From positions 1 through 64,000 of the forward strand of contig NIVC01001983.1 of the NCBI GenBank assembly GCA_002269645.1: a stretch of DNA of 64,000 nt. The letters run 5' to 3'. Positions 62,215 to 64,000 of the stretch are shown piece by piece; within the stretch, counting starts at the first letter, position 1, and each line of letters starts with the position of its first letter. The notes below the pieces were generated by a model, which saw only the letters and a program-made list of their open reading frames with translations, searched no databases and was not told the origin of the DNA. The position numbers and the translations under genes are program-made. Source of the DNA: Macrostomum lignano. Its lineage: Eukaryota.

Positions 62215-63244
62215 CTGTGTCAGCAGCTGAGCAGCTGAGCAGATCATTCAATAGTCTACTGTGTCAGCAGCTGAGCAGCTCAGCAGATCATTCAATAGTC
62301 TACTGTGTCAGCAGCTGAGCAGCTCAGCAGATCATTCAATAGTCTACTGTGTCAGCAGCTGAGCAGCTCAGCAGATCATTCAATAGTCTACTGTGTCAGC
62401 AGCTGAGCAGATCAGCAGATCATTCAATAGTCTACTGTGTCAGCAGCTGAGCAGCTGAGCAGATCATTCAATAGTCTACTGTGTCAGCAGCTGAGCAGAT
62501 CAGCAGATCATTCAATAGTCTACTGTGTCAGCAGCTGAGCAGCTCAGCAGATCATTCAATAGTCTACTGTGTCAGCAGCTCAGCAGATCATTCAATAGTC
62601 TACTGTGTCAGCAGCTCAGCAGATCATTCAATAGTCTACTGTGTCAGCAGCTGAGCAGATCATTCAATAGTCTACTGTGTCAGCAGCTGAGCAGATCATT
62701 CAATAGTCTACTGTGTCAGCAGCTGAGCAGATCATTCAATAGTCTACTGTGTCAGCAGCTGAGCAGATCATTCAATAGTCTACTGTGTCAGCAGCTGAGC
62801 AGATCATTCAATAGTCTACTGTGTCAGCAGCTGAGCAGATCATTCAATAGTCTACTGTGTCAGCAGCTTAGCAGCTCAGCAGATCATTCAATAGTCTACT
62901 GTGTCAGCAGCTGAGCAGCTCAGCAGATCATTCAATAGTCTACTGTGTCAGCAGCTGAGCAGCTCAGCAGATCATTCAATAGTCTACTGTGTCAGCAGCT
63001 GAGCAGCTCAGCAGATCATTCAATAGTCTACTGTGTCAGCAGCTGAGCAGCTGAGCAGATCATTCAATAGTCTACTGTGTCAGCAGCTCAGCAGCTCAGC
63101 AGATCATTCAATAGTCTACTGTGTCAGCAGCTGAGCAGCTGAGCAGATCATTCAATAGTCTAATGTGTCAGCAGCTGAGCAGCTGAGCAGATCATTCAAT
63201 AGTCTAATGTGTCAGCAGCTTAGCAGCTCAGCAGATCATTCAAT
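62215..63244. repeat. 36/44/52-bp modular minisatellite, about 25 copies
   Basis: CTGTGTCAGCAGCT(G/C)AGCAGATCATTCAATAGTCTA with 0-2 extra 8-nt CTCAGCAG modules. Confidence 0.97.
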
Positions 63245-64000
63245 ACCAGACGCACGAATCGAATGCAATTGACTTTATTACGAGCTATATTTTCAAATCT
63301 ATATGCATTTGGACCTTCTCTATATGCCATTTATCATCGTCTCAGTCTCAGATTATACGGTGGATGCGGCATCCGCTATACTGAATCAGTCTGCTTCTCC
63401 TAGTCCCAAGGATTTTTTCCTAAAAATCTGGCTGCAGACCGGAGGCCCGCATTAGAATGAGAATATGTGTGCCTGTGGGCTGGAGAGAGAGAGGAGAAGA
63501 TGGCTGCTAGGCGGCCGGGGTTGTTGCCACCAGAAGAAGAAGCCCCAGCAACAGCAGACAAGGCCTAAGGGTTGGGGGGAGGTCCTGATGCCTGTCATGA
63601 AATTTTAAGGCTGAGAGCTGGCAAGGAGACTGGGGCACTCTCTTCCCTTCCTGGCTGTCTCTTATTTTCGCCATCACCCCCCGAGGCAGCAGCTCTGAAG
63701 TCAGGCAATACCGCCGCCTCCTCTCCCTGGCCTCTGCACACAATGAAAGCTGCTGCTCCACTGCATCCACTGACTGCGCGTTGAAGTTAAGAAAGTGGGA
63801 AACTGCCCCCCCCCCTGATGCAGCAGCTCGTTTCCTCCTACCGTAAGCTCTTTGCTAGGCAACAGGCTGTGTGGCTTAGGCTAGATACGCTTAGCTGAGC
63901 AGTGCTTACTCGTGTTTCTCTCTCATTGTCTCGGCGTTTATACAGCTGCCAGCATCAGAATCATGTACTTTTAAGGTGGGAGGGAGAAAGACACCCTTAA

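Overview
Eukaryotic (metazoan) genomic DNA. GC-rich exons sit in AT-rich introns packed with locus-specific minisatellites, a pattern that suggests the flatworm Macrostomum (inference only). Six protein-coding loci were rebuilt by hand from GT-AG junctions and frame continuity. (1) The 5' part of an EF-hand/WD40 gene of the WDR49/WDY type (-, running off the left end, one apparent 1-nt frameshift). (2) A Shaw/Kv3 K+ channel (+, 6348-22248, with candidate alternative 3' exons to 23734). (3) A DEG/ENaC channel (+, 28016-33514). (4) An unassigned Gly-rich two-TM protein (-, 35621-37131). (5) A 13-exon glycine-transporter-like SLC6 (-, 39825-51610). (6) An SK/KCNN channel (-, 55196-60117). Also present are two tRNA-derived SINE families, a LINE 3' fragment, a hAT MITE with 8-bp TSD, foldback elements and about 25 tandem arrays. 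The most notable observations are a DEG/ENaC intron whose two ends are long reverse-complementary microsatellite arms, three same-phase candidate terminal exons for the Kv3 tail, and minisatellites that multiply bHLH E-boxes or CCAAT/GC boxes in or next to the channel genes.
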